From Elusimicrobiota bacterium (GTDB taxonomy: Bacteria > Elusimicrobiota > UBA8919), in NCBI GenBank assembly GCA_028718185.1, contig JAQUMH010000002.1:4088-68087 (forward strand): a stretch of 64,000 nucleotides of DNA, written 5' to 3'. Under the pieces are notes generated by a model. That model did not search any database and was not told the origin of the DNA. It was given only the letters and a program-made list of their open reading frames with translations. Shown here one piece after another: positions 1 through 9,536 of the stretch (positions are counted from its first letter, which is position 1; each line of letters starts with the position of its first letter). The position numbers and the translations under genes are program-made.

Positions 1-998
1 TTTGCTGACGGTTTTATTTCTTCTCCACATCCGCATTTCTTTATTTTAAAATATCCTGCTGAAGCAATCATAGCTGCATTATCTGTACATAAAACTATTT
101 CAGGTATAAATAATTTTATATTCTCTGCCTTGCATTTTTCAACAAAAGTTGAACGTAATTGCGAATTAGAAGAAACGCCTCCGCCTAAAACTATTTTTTT
201 AATATTGTATTTCACAGATGCCATAATTGTTTTTTTTACAAGAACATCAACACACGCCTGCTGAAATGAAGCACAAATATCAAGAATCTGCCGGTTCCGT
301 TTTTTTATGTCAATTTTATTTGCAAAAATATAATTTATAATTGCAGTCTTGAGCCCTGAAAAAGAAAAATCCCAAGAATCATGCATATATGGTCTAGGAA
401 ATTTTATTTTTTCCGGATTTCCCTGTTTTGATAATCTATCTATTATAGGTCCTCCAGGGTAACCCAACTTCATAAATTTTGCAATTTTATCAAAAACTTC
501 ACCCACAGCATCATCACGGGTCCTGCCTAAAATTTCATATTTCCCCATATCTTTAACAAGAATCAAGTCAGTATGCCCTCCGGAAACGACAAGGGCAATG
601 AACGGTGGAACAAGTGCTGATTCCTGCTTTCTATGTCTATCTGTTTTTATGAAACTGGCAAAAATATGCCCTTCAATATGATTTACACCGACAATCGGAA
701 CTTTTAATATATCTGAAACTACCTGCGCAGTTGTTGTACCAATAAGCAGTGAACCAATAAGTCCCGGACCTTTCGTAACACTAACAGCATCAATCTTTTT
801 TATTTTTCTTAAAGCTTCTTCAATTACCACATTTATATTTTCAAGATGCTGCCGTGACGCAAGTTCAGGAACAACTCCACCGTATTTCTTATGAATCTTT
901 ATCTGTGACGATACAACATTTGTCAAAATAAATCTTCCGTCTTTTACAACAGCAGCCGACGTTTCATCACAAGAAGTTTCAATCCCAAGAATATTCAT
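1..998 (-). CDS. tsaD: tRNA N6-adenosine threonylcarbamoyltransferase TsaD (Kae1 family); 3' end runs off the window
   Basis: The reverse complement of 961-998 reads MNILGIETSCDET. Further in, that of 661-700 reads PIVGVNHIEGHIF. Both are TsaD/Kae1 signatures. It is absent from the ORF track because the frame is cut by the window edge. Confidence 0.9.
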   Translation of the reverse strand, partial: MNILGIETSCDETSAAVVKDGRFILTNVVSSQIKIHKKYGGVVPELASRQHLENINVVIEEALRKIKKIDAVSVTKGPGLIGSLLIGTTTAQVVSDILKVPIVGVNHIEGHIFASFIKTDRHRKQESALVPPFIALVVSGGHTDLILVKDMGKYEILGRTRDDAVGEVFDKIAKFMKLGYPGGPIIDRLSKQGNPEKIKFPRPYMHDSWDFSFSGLKTAIINYIFANKIDIKKRNRQILDICASFQQACVDVLVKKTIMASVKYNIKKIVLGGGVSSNSQLRSTFVEKCKAENIKLFIPEIVLCTDNAAMIASAGYFKIKKCGCGEEIKPSA

Positions 999-1009
999 AA
1001 AGTAAAGTT

Positions 1010-1072
1010 TATAGAGTTTTAGAGTTATAGGGTTTTAGGGTTTTAACTCTATAACCCAATAACCCTATAACC
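1010..1072. repeat. Four tandem 8-nt units (TATAGAGT/TTTAGAGT/TATAGGGT/TTTAGGGT) followed by about 3.5 units of their complement (AACTCTAT/AACCCAAT/AACCCTAT/AACC); a long imperfect palindrome
   Basis: Read directly. Unit-by-unit antiparallel pairing gives 6-7 of 8 matches per unit. It sits between the stop of the 357-aa ORF and the tsaD start. Confidence 0.7.
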
Positions 1073-1073
1073 A

Positions 1074-2147
1074 TTATTTAACGGTTCCCTCGTTCTTAAC
1101 ATATTCCGAAACAGTTAAAAAAGAAATACCTGCTTTTTTAAATTCAGGAATAACTTTATAAAGTGCTAACGGAAGATTTTTTGTATGTATGTGTCCTATT
1201 GCTACACATCCGTCATTTTTCTCTACTTTTTTCTTTAGTAAATAAAGTTGTTTTAAAATGTATTCGAGATTGTCCTCGTTATCCAAAAAAACCTCGTTTC
1301 TTCGTGAGATTATATTCATATTAACAGCAACTTTATATGCGACAGATTTATTTGACGTACTTGAATCGACAAAAATAAGATTTTTTTGTTTTATAACGTT
1401 CAAAAATTCTGTAATTTTACTTTTATCTTGTGTAAAAGCACTTCCCATATGATTATTTACGCCTGTTACACCTTCAACATTTTTAAGATTTCTTAATACC
1501 ATATTTTCTATTTCTTTAGCAGACATATTCAGTAAAATTGCTGCCTTGCCGGGATTTACAGTTGGGTATCTTTCGGGTTCCATCGGCTGATGCAAAAAAT
1601 ATTCCTGATTGTTTTTTTTCAACTCGCTAACAAGATAAGCAGAATATCTTTCATAAGGAAGAATACTGTATGTAAGAGGAATATTCAACTTTAAAAAGCT
1701 TTCTAACTCATCTTTTTTATATCCTATATCATCAATTAAAATTGCTGCTTTTAATTTTACAGGTTTAGCCGGCAAAAATAAAATCTTATTTAAAATAATC
1801 CCGTTTTTTAAAATCAAAAGTAAATTATTTTTCCCGTCGAAATCAGTATTTACACCATAATATTCTTCAAGCCCAACTTTCACTTTTACAACTATATCAG
1901 CTATCTTTTTTGTATCAGTTTTTATATCTTTATTAACTTCAATCCACTTTGCGACTTTTGATTCTTTTTCAATACGGAGATTCCGTACTACTTCTTCGTT
2001 AGTTACCCCGGAATCTGTTAATATTTTGTTAATTTTAATGTCAATTTGGTTTGACAATGTAGAAAGATCTTCCGGTCTACTACGGAAATAGAATATAATT
2101 ATAATACATATAATTACAAGAATCAAAAGTCGCCAGAGTTTTTTCAT
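1074..2147 (-). CDS. Divergent polysaccharide deacetylase family protein (YibQ-like), N-terminal membrane anchor
   Basis: 357-aa ORF with a hydrophobic N-terminus. Motifs AAILIDDIGY, PLTYSILPY, HQPMEP and NNHMGS are typical of the family. Confidence 0.7.
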   Translation of the reverse strand: MKKLWRLLILVIICIIIIFYFRSRPEDLSTLSNQIDIKINKILTDSGVTNEEVVRNLRIEKESKVAKWIEVNKDIKTDTKKIADIVVKVKVGLEEYYGVNTDFDGKNNLLLILKNGIILNKILFLPAKPVKLKAAILIDDIGYKKDELESFLKLNIPLTYSILPYERYSAYLVSELKKNNQEYFLHQPMEPERYPTVNPGKAAILLNMSAKEIENMVLRNLKNVEGVTGVNNHMGSAFTQDKSKITEFLNVIKQKNLIFVDSSTSNKSVAYKVAVNMNIISRRNEVFLDNEDNLEYILKQLYLLKKKVEKNDGCVAIGHIHTKNLPLALYKVIPEFKKAGISFLTVSEYVKNEGTVK

Positions 2148-2150
2148 TCT

Positions 2151-3497
2151 TTATTTACCGATTAGAATATCTCTTACTTGTAAAATCTGTATCCCTCTCT
2201 CAAGAATTTCATCTTTTGCTTTTACATTTTGAACAATTGCAGTTGATGTTACAACATTGTAAGCGTCGGGCTTACCCGCTGCAGGTGAAACAGATTTTTT
2301 ATCTTTATCTTTATCCTTTTCTTTACCTTTATCTTTAGCATTTGCAATTTCATCATCTAATTCCTGTTTCTGAAGTGCAATTTCTGTCTCGCGTGTAACA
2401 TCGATAACTATATCAGGAGTTATTCCACCCGTTTTTTTCACTGGATCTCTATGAATACTTCTCCCGGATGGCGTATAATATTTTTGAGTTGTTAGTCTAA
2501 GCGATGCTCCACCTTCAAGCGGAAGAAGCGATTGGACAGAACCCTTACCGAATGACTGCATTCCTATAATAACTGCTCTCTTGTGATCTTGCATACAACC
2601 GGCAACTATTTCAGCCCCGGATGCAGAACCCTTATTAACTAAAACAACCATAGGAACATTTGCATAAGGAGCAGTTGAATCGCTGCGGTAATCCTGTCTC
2701 GGGAACTTTCTGCCCTGGGTAAAAACAATCAATTTATTTTCACCGACAAATCTTTTACAGATATCGACAGCAGTATTCAGCAACCCGCCCGGGTCATTTC
2801 TCAAATCAAAAACAATTGACTTCATACCTTGCTTCGTTAGCTCAGAAAGCGCAATGTCTAATTCTTCGGTTGTTTTTGCGTTCATTTCAGTAACCCTAAA
2901 ATAACCTATGGTATCAGTAAGCATCTTCGCTCCTACAACCGTTACAACCGGAATATCTTCTCTCGTCAATGTTAAATCAAACGGTTCTTTATCTTTACGA
3001 AATAAAGTTATCGTTACCTTGGTGCCGGGGAGACCCCGCAATTTTTCAACTGCCTTATCTGTTGAAAGATCTTTGGCATCTTCGCCGTTAATTTTTATAA
3101 TTTTATCTTCCGGTAAAATACCCATTCTCCACGCCGGTGTCCCTGGTATAGGTGTAACTACTGTAATCCAACCGTCATTTGATTCGGATATTCTGATTCC
3201 TAAACCCCCAAAATGACCTTCTGTATGAACTTTCATCTCTTTTGCTTCAGTAGGTTCCATGAACTGAGAAAAAGGGTCAAGTGTCCTCATCATTCCGTCA
3301 GCAGCACCGTAAATAAGCTTTTTCATATCCGGCTCATCTACATAACTTTCTCTTACATATACCAGTATCTGTGATAAAATCTTTATCTGGTTATAGACGT
3401 CATCAGAAGCTGCTTTGACCATGTCATACTTTAATAATGATACTCCTATTATTAAAAATAACACCAAAACTAAAAATCCTTTCTTTTTCTTAAACAT
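2151..3497 (-). CDS. ctpA: Carboxyl-terminal processing protease, peptidase S41 with PDZ domain
   Basis: 448-aa ORF with a signal-like N-terminus. It has a GGLGIRI...PGTPA PDZ region, the S41 core LVNKGSASGAEIVAG and QSFGKGSVQ. Confidence 0.85.
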   Translation of the reverse strand: MFKKKKGFLVLVLFLIIGVSLLKYDMVKAASDDVYNQIKILSQILVYVRESYVDEPDMKKLIYGAADGMMRTLDPFSQFMEPTEAKEMKVHTEGHFGGLGIRISESNDGWITVVTPIPGTPAWRMGILPEDKIIKINGEDAKDLSTDKAVEKLRGLPGTKVTITLFRKDKEPFDLTLTREDIPVVTVVGAKMLTDTIGYFRVTEMNAKTTEELDIALSELTKQGMKSIVFDLRNDPGGLLNTAVDICKRFVGENKLIVFTQGRKFPRQDYRSDSTAPYANVPMVVLVNKGSASGAEIVAGCMQDHKRAVIIGMQSFGKGSVQSLLPLEGGASLRLTTQKYYTPSGRSIHRDPVKKTGGITPDIVIDVTRETEIALQKQELDDEIANAKDKGKEKDKDKDKKSVSPAAGKPDAYNVVTSTAIVQNVKAKDEILERGIQILQVRDILIGK

Positions 3498-3588
3498 TTT
3501 ACCTCCTGTAAATTTTTACTTCAAAGCCTGTATGAAACTAATTGTCGGTCGGAGAATTTATGGGCTAATATATTTTAACCCTCATGCT

Positions 3589-3678
3589 GTCATTGCGAGC
3601 CCGCCAACGGTTCAGTGGCGGGCGTGGCAATCTCTATTTAAAAACTACGAGATTGCTTCACCTTCGGTTCGCAATGAC
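3589..3678. repeat. Palindromic mosaic element, family A (GTCATTGCGAG...GCAATCTC / GAGATTGC...TCGCAATGAC) with a nested hairpin CCCGCCAACGGTTCAGTGGCGGG
   Basis: Read directly. Outer and inner arms are mutually complementary. The nested hairpin recurs inverted at 44165-44187. Confidence 0.8.
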
Positions 3679-3751
3679 ACCAGTAATAATCTATATTTTA
3701 ACTTCAACAACAACCTCTATTCTTAACCTTTAGTTTTGTGACCGGCTATTT

Positions 3752-5056
3752 TTACTTCAACCAGCTAAGCGGGTCCTGGGGTACACCATCTCGCCTTAAT
3801 TCAAAATATAGCGATGCATCCTGCGTATAAACTGAAATCCCTACGATACCTATGACTTCACCTTTTTGTATTTCCTGTTCTTCTTTAACCATTATTTTAT
3901 CAAGATTACCGTATATGGAATAAAACCCTCCTAAATGGTCAATAATTACCATTTTCCCATATGACTTAAACTCACCGGCAAAAACTACTTTTCCTTTATC
4001 TATTGCAATTATATTCTGACCAAGTATTGATTTTATTCTTATCCCGTTGTTAATTACCCAAGTATCCAGTTCCGGATGTTTTTGTTTGCCAAAAATTGAT
4101 GAAACATTTTTTCTTAAATCAGATGTTTCACCTTCTATAGGCCAGGATATTAAACCTTTCTTTTTCGACATTTTAATCCTGGATAACCGTTCTTCTTCTT
4201 TTTGTTTTTCTGTTTCTTTAGCTTTTTTTTCTAAAAGATCTATTAATTCAGAAAGCATCGTTTCAGAGTCTCTTAAGCTGCCAATTTCCTGTTCATAAAA
4301 AATGCGTTTCTTAACAACAGTTGAAAGAAGCTGTTTTTTATCATTTTTTTGTCTTGAATATGTTTGTTCTGAAATACCTTTCTTTAATTCAAGATTTTTC
4401 AGTTCTTCCATCCCGCTTTCAAGTTTAATTTTAAGTGATTCATATTTGTTTACATTTTTTGCTGTTTGAAGATAAACGAACGATTTTTGTCTTGCTAAAA
4501 GCTGCAAGAATTTATAACGTTTTACCAAATCAGCCGATGAATTCGAAGAAAGCAATATCCTTGCCGAATATTCATCAGTAACCGGTCTTCCTACTCCCTG
4601 GATATATGCAAACCTTATCTCGTTTCTTAGCGTATCTTTCCACTTAATCATTTCTTTCTTTGTTATTTCTAACTTAATTTTTAAACCGTCTATAGATTTT
4701 TGCTGTTGAGCAATCAATATTTTTGTTTTTTGTAATTCAATTTTTGTTGATTCAAGGTTTCTTAGAATATTTTCAAGTTGTGATTCTATTGACGCTTCCT
4801 TTTTTTTTATAATTTTTACATTATCTTCTTTTTTAGAAATTTCTGTTTTAACCCCGGTCAGCTCTTTTTTACTCTTTTTTATTTTCTGTTTATATTCTTT
4901 TATCTGTTTATCATAATTATCAGCATAAGTATAACAAATACAAGAAAAAGCAATTATACTGAAATAAATAATCCCCGCTAAAACCTTCATGAATTGATTT
5001 TCAGTTTGCCGTTTTAAGCCTATTATTTTCTTTTTATTGTTTTTTTGAAAAAACAT
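3752..5056 (-). CDS. envC: EnvC-like murein hydrolase activator: coiled coil plus degenerate LytM (M23) domain
   Basis: 434 aa with a long K/E-rich coiled coil. The C-terminal LytM fold (YGKMVIIDHLGGFYSIYGNL ... LYFELR) lacks the catalytic H..D and has Tyr in place of the LHFE His, as in non-catalytic EnvC. It overlaps ftsX by 23 nt. Confidence 0.75.
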   Translation of the reverse strand: MFFQKNNKKKIIGLKRQTENQFMKVLAGIIYFSIIAFSCICYTYADNYDKQIKEYKQKIKKSKKELTGVKTEISKKEDNVKIIKKKEASIESQLENILRNLESTKIELQKTKILIAQQQKSIDGLKIKLEITKKEMIKWKDTLRNEIRFAYIQGVGRPVTDEYSARILLSSNSSADLVKRYKFLQLLARQKSFVYLQTAKNVNKYESLKIKLESGMEELKNLELKKGISEQTYSRQKNDKKQLLSTVVKKRIFYEQEIGSLRDSETMLSELIDLLEKKAKETEKQKEEERLSRIKMSKKKGLISWPIEGETSDLRKNVSSIFGKQKHPELDTWVINNGIRIKSILGQNIIAIDKGKVVFAGEFKSYGKMVIIDHLGGFYSIYGNLDKIMVKEEQEIQKGEVIGIVGISVYTQDASLYFELRRDGVPQDPLSWLK

Positions 5057-5789
5057 TTTTTGGTATTCTCAATGCTAAGCTTGCAACTATTACAATTATT
5101 AAAATTAATATAATTTCATATCTCGAAAAGAAAACCGGTGCCTTAAAATTTGGAACAAATAAATGTTTATAAATTATATTTAAGATATAAAAACCAATTC
5201 CTCCCCCGACAATTCCGTCATATATTCCGTGAATATATTCTTTTTTATTTGTCGACAAAAATACAGCAACAAATGAAATAATAATAAATAAGCTGAAAAT
5301 AAGATTTCCAAACCTGCTTAAGTTTCTAAATACTTTATTTATCGCTAGCAGATTTTCAGCTTCAACTGAAGTGTAATATATTTCTTCTATACCGTCTATT
5401 AATTTGACTTCTTCTGCTACCCTTTTAATTGTCTCGGGATCTTTTTTCGTTAAATAAATATCGACTGTTGCGGGAAGCGGGTTTTCGTCAAGAATTTTAA
5501 TTTGTTTGGCAAATTCCTGGTTTTTCTTAAACTCTTCAATCGCTTCTGCTTTGGAGGTATATTTTATTTTTTCTATTGTTTCAATATCGCTTATCTTTTT
5601 TAAAAGTTCGTCCTTTTGATTATCATTTTCTACATTATCGCTTATGAATGCAACAATTTCAACCCGTTCTTCAAGTAATGTAAGATAAGAAAACAGATTC
5701 TTTAAAACAAGTGAAAAAAATCCATAAAAAATCAAACTGACTAATATAAAAATAATTCCCAGTAACGATAGTTTTTTAATATATTTCAT
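5034..5789 (-). CDS. ftsX: Cell division permease FtsX-like
   Basis: 251 aa. The topology is TM1, a periplasmic domain, then three C-terminal TM segments. It lies immediately upstream of envC-like, the classical ftsX-envC pairing. Confidence 0.7.
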   Translation of the reverse strand: MKYIKKLSLLGIIFILVSLIFYGFFSLVLKNLFSYLTLLEERVEIVAFISDNVENDNQKDELLKKISDIETIEKIKYTSKAEAIEEFKKNQEFAKQIKILDENPLPATVDIYLTKKDPETIKRVAEEVKLIDGIEEIYYTSVEAENLLAINKVFRNLSRFGNLIFSLFIIISFVAVFLSTNKKEYIHGIYDGIVGGGIGFYILNIIYKHLFVPNFKAPVFFSRYEIILILIIVIVASLALRIPKNVFSKKQ

Positions 5790-6874
5790 GATAATTTGTT
5801 CCTTTCAAGCTCTGAAATACACAATTCGGCTGTTTTTTTTGCCTTATTTTTTAAATCTTCCAATATTTCAAACGTTTTATTTATACCATTCTTTTTGCCT
5901 GATATTTCGTTTAGCGTATATTTATAAATATCTCCGGACGTAAACTCATTTATTTTCGCGGAGTTTTCATACCCAATCAGACTAAGGAAATTTGTAATTT
6001 TCGAATATCTTGATATAGGGACAAATGGTATCCCATACTTTGATGCAAGAATTAAACCATGTAAACGCATGCTGACAATTACATCCAGCCGTGAAAACAG
6101 CTTTAATATATCATCAATTTCTTCCCAGATAAAAATTTCTGTCTTTTGAGCAATCTCATTTTGTATCATTCTAAGTATTTTCAAATCTGATGTTTTCTGA
6201 AATGGTATAAAAATAATTTTTGTCCCCGTATTTTCCATGAACAACCTTGAAAGTTCGGAAAATATTTTTATATCCTTTTTCCAATTACCGGTTTTTCTGA
6301 TAATTACACCTATTTGATTATTTTGTATATTATTGTTCTTTTTATACGGCTCTAAATCAAGCCCGAACACCGGATCTGCCGTAATAGTAATTTCTTTCCT
6401 TACCCCGAAAGATTCTAACATTTCTTTATCTTGTCGTGTACGTACTGTAATGCGGTTTACTTTATTAAAACAATTCTTAATAAAATATCTATTGAATAAA
6501 TGCCTGATTTCACCAATACCTACAGCATAAACAAAAACAGTCTTTTTGAAAATAGCTGCAATAAATATTATTAAAAGGTAATACCATAGACTTAAAGAAC
6601 CTGTCGTGTCCTGGAAAAGACCGCCGGCACCCGAAACAAGCATTTTACAATTTTTAATCTCTTTTAATATGGTAAAAAGATTCCATCTGTTAATTGAGCG
6701 CAAATTATATGTTATTGCCGTTTCTTTTGGTGTCGCTGACAATACAGTAATTTTTATCCCAGGCTTGTAAAATCTTAAATCATTTACTATTGCTTTAAGA
6801 ATAAGTTCATCGCCTGTATTTTTGAAACCATAATAACCGGAAATAACTATATCAGACATTTGCTGTTTTACCAA
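5786..6874 (-). CDS. csaB: Polysaccharide pyruvyl transferase CsaB
   Basis: N-terminal ISGYYGFKNTGDELIL and SGAGGLFQDTTGSLSLWYY match the CsaB signature. Confidence 0.8.
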   Translation of the reverse strand: MVKQQMSDIVISGYYGFKNTGDELILKAIVNDLRFYKPGIKITVLSATPKETAITYNLRSINRWNLFTILKEIKNCKMLVSGAGGLFQDTTGSLSLWYYLLIIFIAAIFKKTVFVYAVGIGEIRHLFNRYFIKNCFNKVNRITVRTRQDKEMLESFGVRKEITITADPVFGLDLEPYKKNNNIQNNQIGVIIRKTGNWKKDIKIFSELSRLFMENTGTKIIFIPFQKTSDLKILRMIQNEIAQKTEIFIWEEIDDILKLFSRLDVIVSMRLHGLILASKYGIPFVPISRYSKITNFLSLIGYENSAKINEFTSGDIYKYTLNEISGKKNGINKTFEILEDLKNKAKKTAELCISELERNKLS

Positions 6875-8309
6875 GAAAGTATGAATAAATATAAATTAAT
6901 ATTATACCTAAAATTATCCCAAAACATATTCCGTTAAAACTTCTTAAAAGTGAAATATAAAATGGAGTATGAATATGGCAAAATGTATTTATTATTGAAA
7001 TCTGCCCGATTATTCCAATAACAAAAAATGGTTTCCACATATAACTTTTTACATTATACTTAAGATAACTAGCTAACAGCATAAACGGGTGACCGATACA
7101 AAATTCCTTGAGACGAGGTCTGATATAAAATATTTTTTCCAGCAAAGAACGGAAAGTATCTTCCGTAGAAGTAATACTGCCGTAATTTCCGGTTCTCATG
7201 ATATAAAAACCTGCTGCCAAAATCAAAACACCTAAAGAAAACAATTCAATATATAACACAGGTTTTTTTAGAAACCCATTAAAATTATCTTTAAATAACA
7301 TATAACATATAAAAAGCACAGGCATAATTGAAGCTATCTTTACTCCGCTAAATAAATCAACTTCCAGCATAAAATTCTTCATTGATAAAACACCTGCAAT
7401 TATAACTCCGGATAATAAAGAAATTAGTGTTAATATAAGAAAAGCAGCAACTGTCTTTAAAACAGGGGACCTCTTGGTGAATATAAAACTGAGATTTGGC
7501 AATAACAAAAATATAAATACCGGAGATAATAATGCTACAAGCAATGAAATGATTTTTAAAAAAATAGTGTATTTCAAAAGTTTAACGTTTATATCTTTTA
7601 CCGGAGCAGGTCTTTCTATGTTAAATCCGGCTTCTTTCAGGACATTTTTTGATTGACGGATATATTCAATTGCATTCTCCAAATCAGTTTGTGCCAAATC
7701 AACAATAACTATCCTTACATTCCTTTCTAAGACTGCTCTTTTTATTCTTTCAAGATTTTTCTTATAATCCCCTTCCCATCTTGTCTTAAATACCCTGAAT
7801 CCCGTAGATGTATTTTCCAATATTTTTCTAACTTCTTTCTGCTTGGCAAATTCAACAAGCCCGAAAGTATAATCAAAATCTTTTGGAATTTCCCCGTAAA
7901 AATCGTCAGATAAAATAACAGATAATATGCCCGGCGTTTTTACGGGCACTTTAGAAATATCTCCCTGTACAGACAAAACAATATTAAGATTCAGTTTTGA
8001 AGCATTTGAAATTTTTTCCGGCGACGGTCCATAATATTTTTCCTGTGGAAGTTTCTTGTATTTTATCTCGCCGCTTTCCTCATAATATTCTTTTGCTTTT
8101 TCATCTGATATTACGACCGTATTTATTCCGGCATTCTTAAAATCAACTAATTTCTCAACTCCGAAAAAGTTAGCCGCATCATCATATTCAATCGCTAATG
8201 CCACCGAATGGTTGTCTTCGTTATGAATTCTGTTTTTCAACGGTATGATGACCATGCATGAAAGTATAATAACAAAAACAATATAAATAATAACTATTTT
8301 TTTTAACAT
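6852..8309 (-). CDS. Polytopic membrane protein, DUF5693-like (frequent csaB neighbour)
   Basis: 485 aa: an N-terminal TM, a soluble domain, then about 8 TM segments. The motif IRPRLKEFCIGHP is present. The call rests on synteny with csaB plus that motif only. Confidence 0.4.
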   Translation of the reverse strand: MLKKIVIIYIVFVIILSCMVIIPLKNRIHNEDNHSVALAIEYDDAANFFGVEKLVDFKNAGINTVVISDEKAKEYYEESGEIKYKKLPQEKYYGPSPEKISNASKLNLNIVLSVQGDISKVPVKTPGILSVILSDDFYGEIPKDFDYTFGLVEFAKQKEVRKILENTSTGFRVFKTRWEGDYKKNLERIKRAVLERNVRIVIVDLAQTDLENAIEYIRQSKNVLKEAGFNIERPAPVKDINVKLLKYTIFLKIISLLVALLSPVFIFLLLPNLSFIFTKRSPVLKTVAAFLILTLISLLSGVIIAGVLSMKNFMLEVDLFSGVKIASIMPVLFICYMLFKDNFNGFLKKPVLYIELFSLGVLILAAGFYIMRTGNYGSITSTEDTFRSLLEKIFYIRPRLKEFCIGHPFMLLASYLKYNVKSYMWKPFFVIGIIGQISIINTFCHIHTPFYISLLRSFNGICFGIILGIILIYIYSYFLGKTANV

Positions 8310-8348
8310 TTTTAAATCAAATATTCAGTATTCTTAAAATTAAAACTT

Positions 8349-9410
8349 TTAGTCAAACCTCTTTTTAAGATTATTTCTATCTCTCTCTAAATCGTCCGGG
8401 GTCTTTATCGGAATGAATCTTTTTTCTCTATCAACAACAACATATTTTGTCTTTAGCATTGCAGAAAGGTCACCGGTAAGCCGTTCAAACTGTATAACTT
8501 TTTTATCCCCGACCTTTTTTTCAACATAATAAAAAGGTAATGAAAAGGAGCTTTTTAGTGCACTTGCTTTAAAAACATAAGTTGCTGTGTTGAAAACAGA
8601 AATTGAATCCTGGTTAAAATCCGGAGGGAACTTGAACTGCTCTACAATTTCCACATGCCCGTCAACAACTGCCGGAGCACCGCCTTTATCTCCGGGATAT
8701 TTTACGGCAAGTTCAGCGGTCATTTCCGATTTTCCTTCTATGTGGTACCCCAAAATCTGCTCGTCTATTGTGGCTCCAAGATTATCTACATTAGAATACC
8801 ATAAATGTTCGCCGCCATTCTTAATAAAATCATTCAGAAAACCGCTTTTTTGAAACGCGTAAATAAAATCGCCGTGTCCCGGACCGTAATAACTGTCTTT
8901 TTCCGGCAAAAAATAACTCCCGTCAATATTCAATCGTTTTGCAATAAACTGACTAAAACACTTTATATTATTTTCAAGCCCGAAATAGCCGTTTTCTTTA
9001 AGATATTTAAGTGTCGAATTCTCTGTTGCAAAGCTATTCATTATGTAAATCGGAATTGAAACATTATATTTTAAGTTAACTTTTTTTATTTGTTCAAGTT
9101 TTATCTGTAAAAAACTCTTTTTATCATAAACTTCAACAATCCCTTTGACAACCCCGCCAAATCTTGTCGCCATCCCGCCGTTAACAACCACAATACCTAA
9201 TTTTTTACTCTTTATTGCAGCAGCCCCAACCTCAGCCAATGTTTGTTTTGTATCCAAATCTTTCTCTGAATTAAAAAATTTTGTTTCATCAGGCGATTCC
9301 ACCTTTCCCTTGATAATGTTATTTTTATCGGAAAATTCACCCGACAGAAACTTTTTTCTTAAATCCTCAAACAACTTTTCATCATAATTATATTTTTTCA
9401 AAATATCCAT
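8349..9410 (-). CDS. UDPGP-family (eukaryote-type) NDP-sugar pyrophosphorylase, putative UTP-glucose-1-phosphate uridylyltransferase
   Basis: 353 aa. The glycine-rich loop VVVNGGMATRFGG and GPGHGD are typical of PF01704-type enzymes. Confidence 0.6.
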   Translation of the reverse strand: MDILKKYNYDEKLFEDLRKKFLSGEFSDKNNIIKGKVESPDETKFFNSEKDLDTKQTLAEVGAAAIKSKKLGIVVVNGGMATRFGGVVKGIVEVYDKKSFLQIKLEQIKKVNLKYNVSIPIYIMNSFATENSTLKYLKENGYFGLENNIKCFSQFIAKRLNIDGSYFLPEKDSYYGPGHGDFIYAFQKSGFLNDFIKNGGEHLWYSNVDNLGATIDEQILGYHIEGKSEMTAELAVKYPGDKGGAPAVVDGHVEIVEQFKFPPDFNQDSISVFNTATYVFKASALKSSFSLPFYYVEKKVGDKKVIQFERLTGDLSAMLKTKYVVVDREKRFIPIKTPDDLERDRNNLKKRFD

Positions 9411-9450
9411 ATATATTTTTTTTATTCTAAAACAAAAAGGAAAATTGTTT

Positions 9451-9507
9451 TAGTTATAGAGTTATAGGGTTTTTAGAGTTTAAATCCTAAAAACACTTTC
9501 TATAACC
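9451..9507. repeat. Second copy of the TATAGAGT/TATAGGGT 8-nt unit family with a partial inverted arm (CTATAACC)
   Basis: The sequence tagTTATAGAGTTATAGGGTTTTTAGAGTT...CTATAACC was read directly. It uses the same unit vocabulary as 1010-1072. Confidence 0.6.
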
Positions 9508-9536
9508 TTGCTTAACGAAATCCTTCTGACAACAGT

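Noticed and set aside
3415-3726. Plus-strand 103-aa ORF between ctpA and envC
   Set aside because: It starts antisense to the ctpA 5' end and then runs through the family A palindrome (reading ..HAVIASPPTVQWRAWQS..). It is a typical artefact of translating a repeat element.
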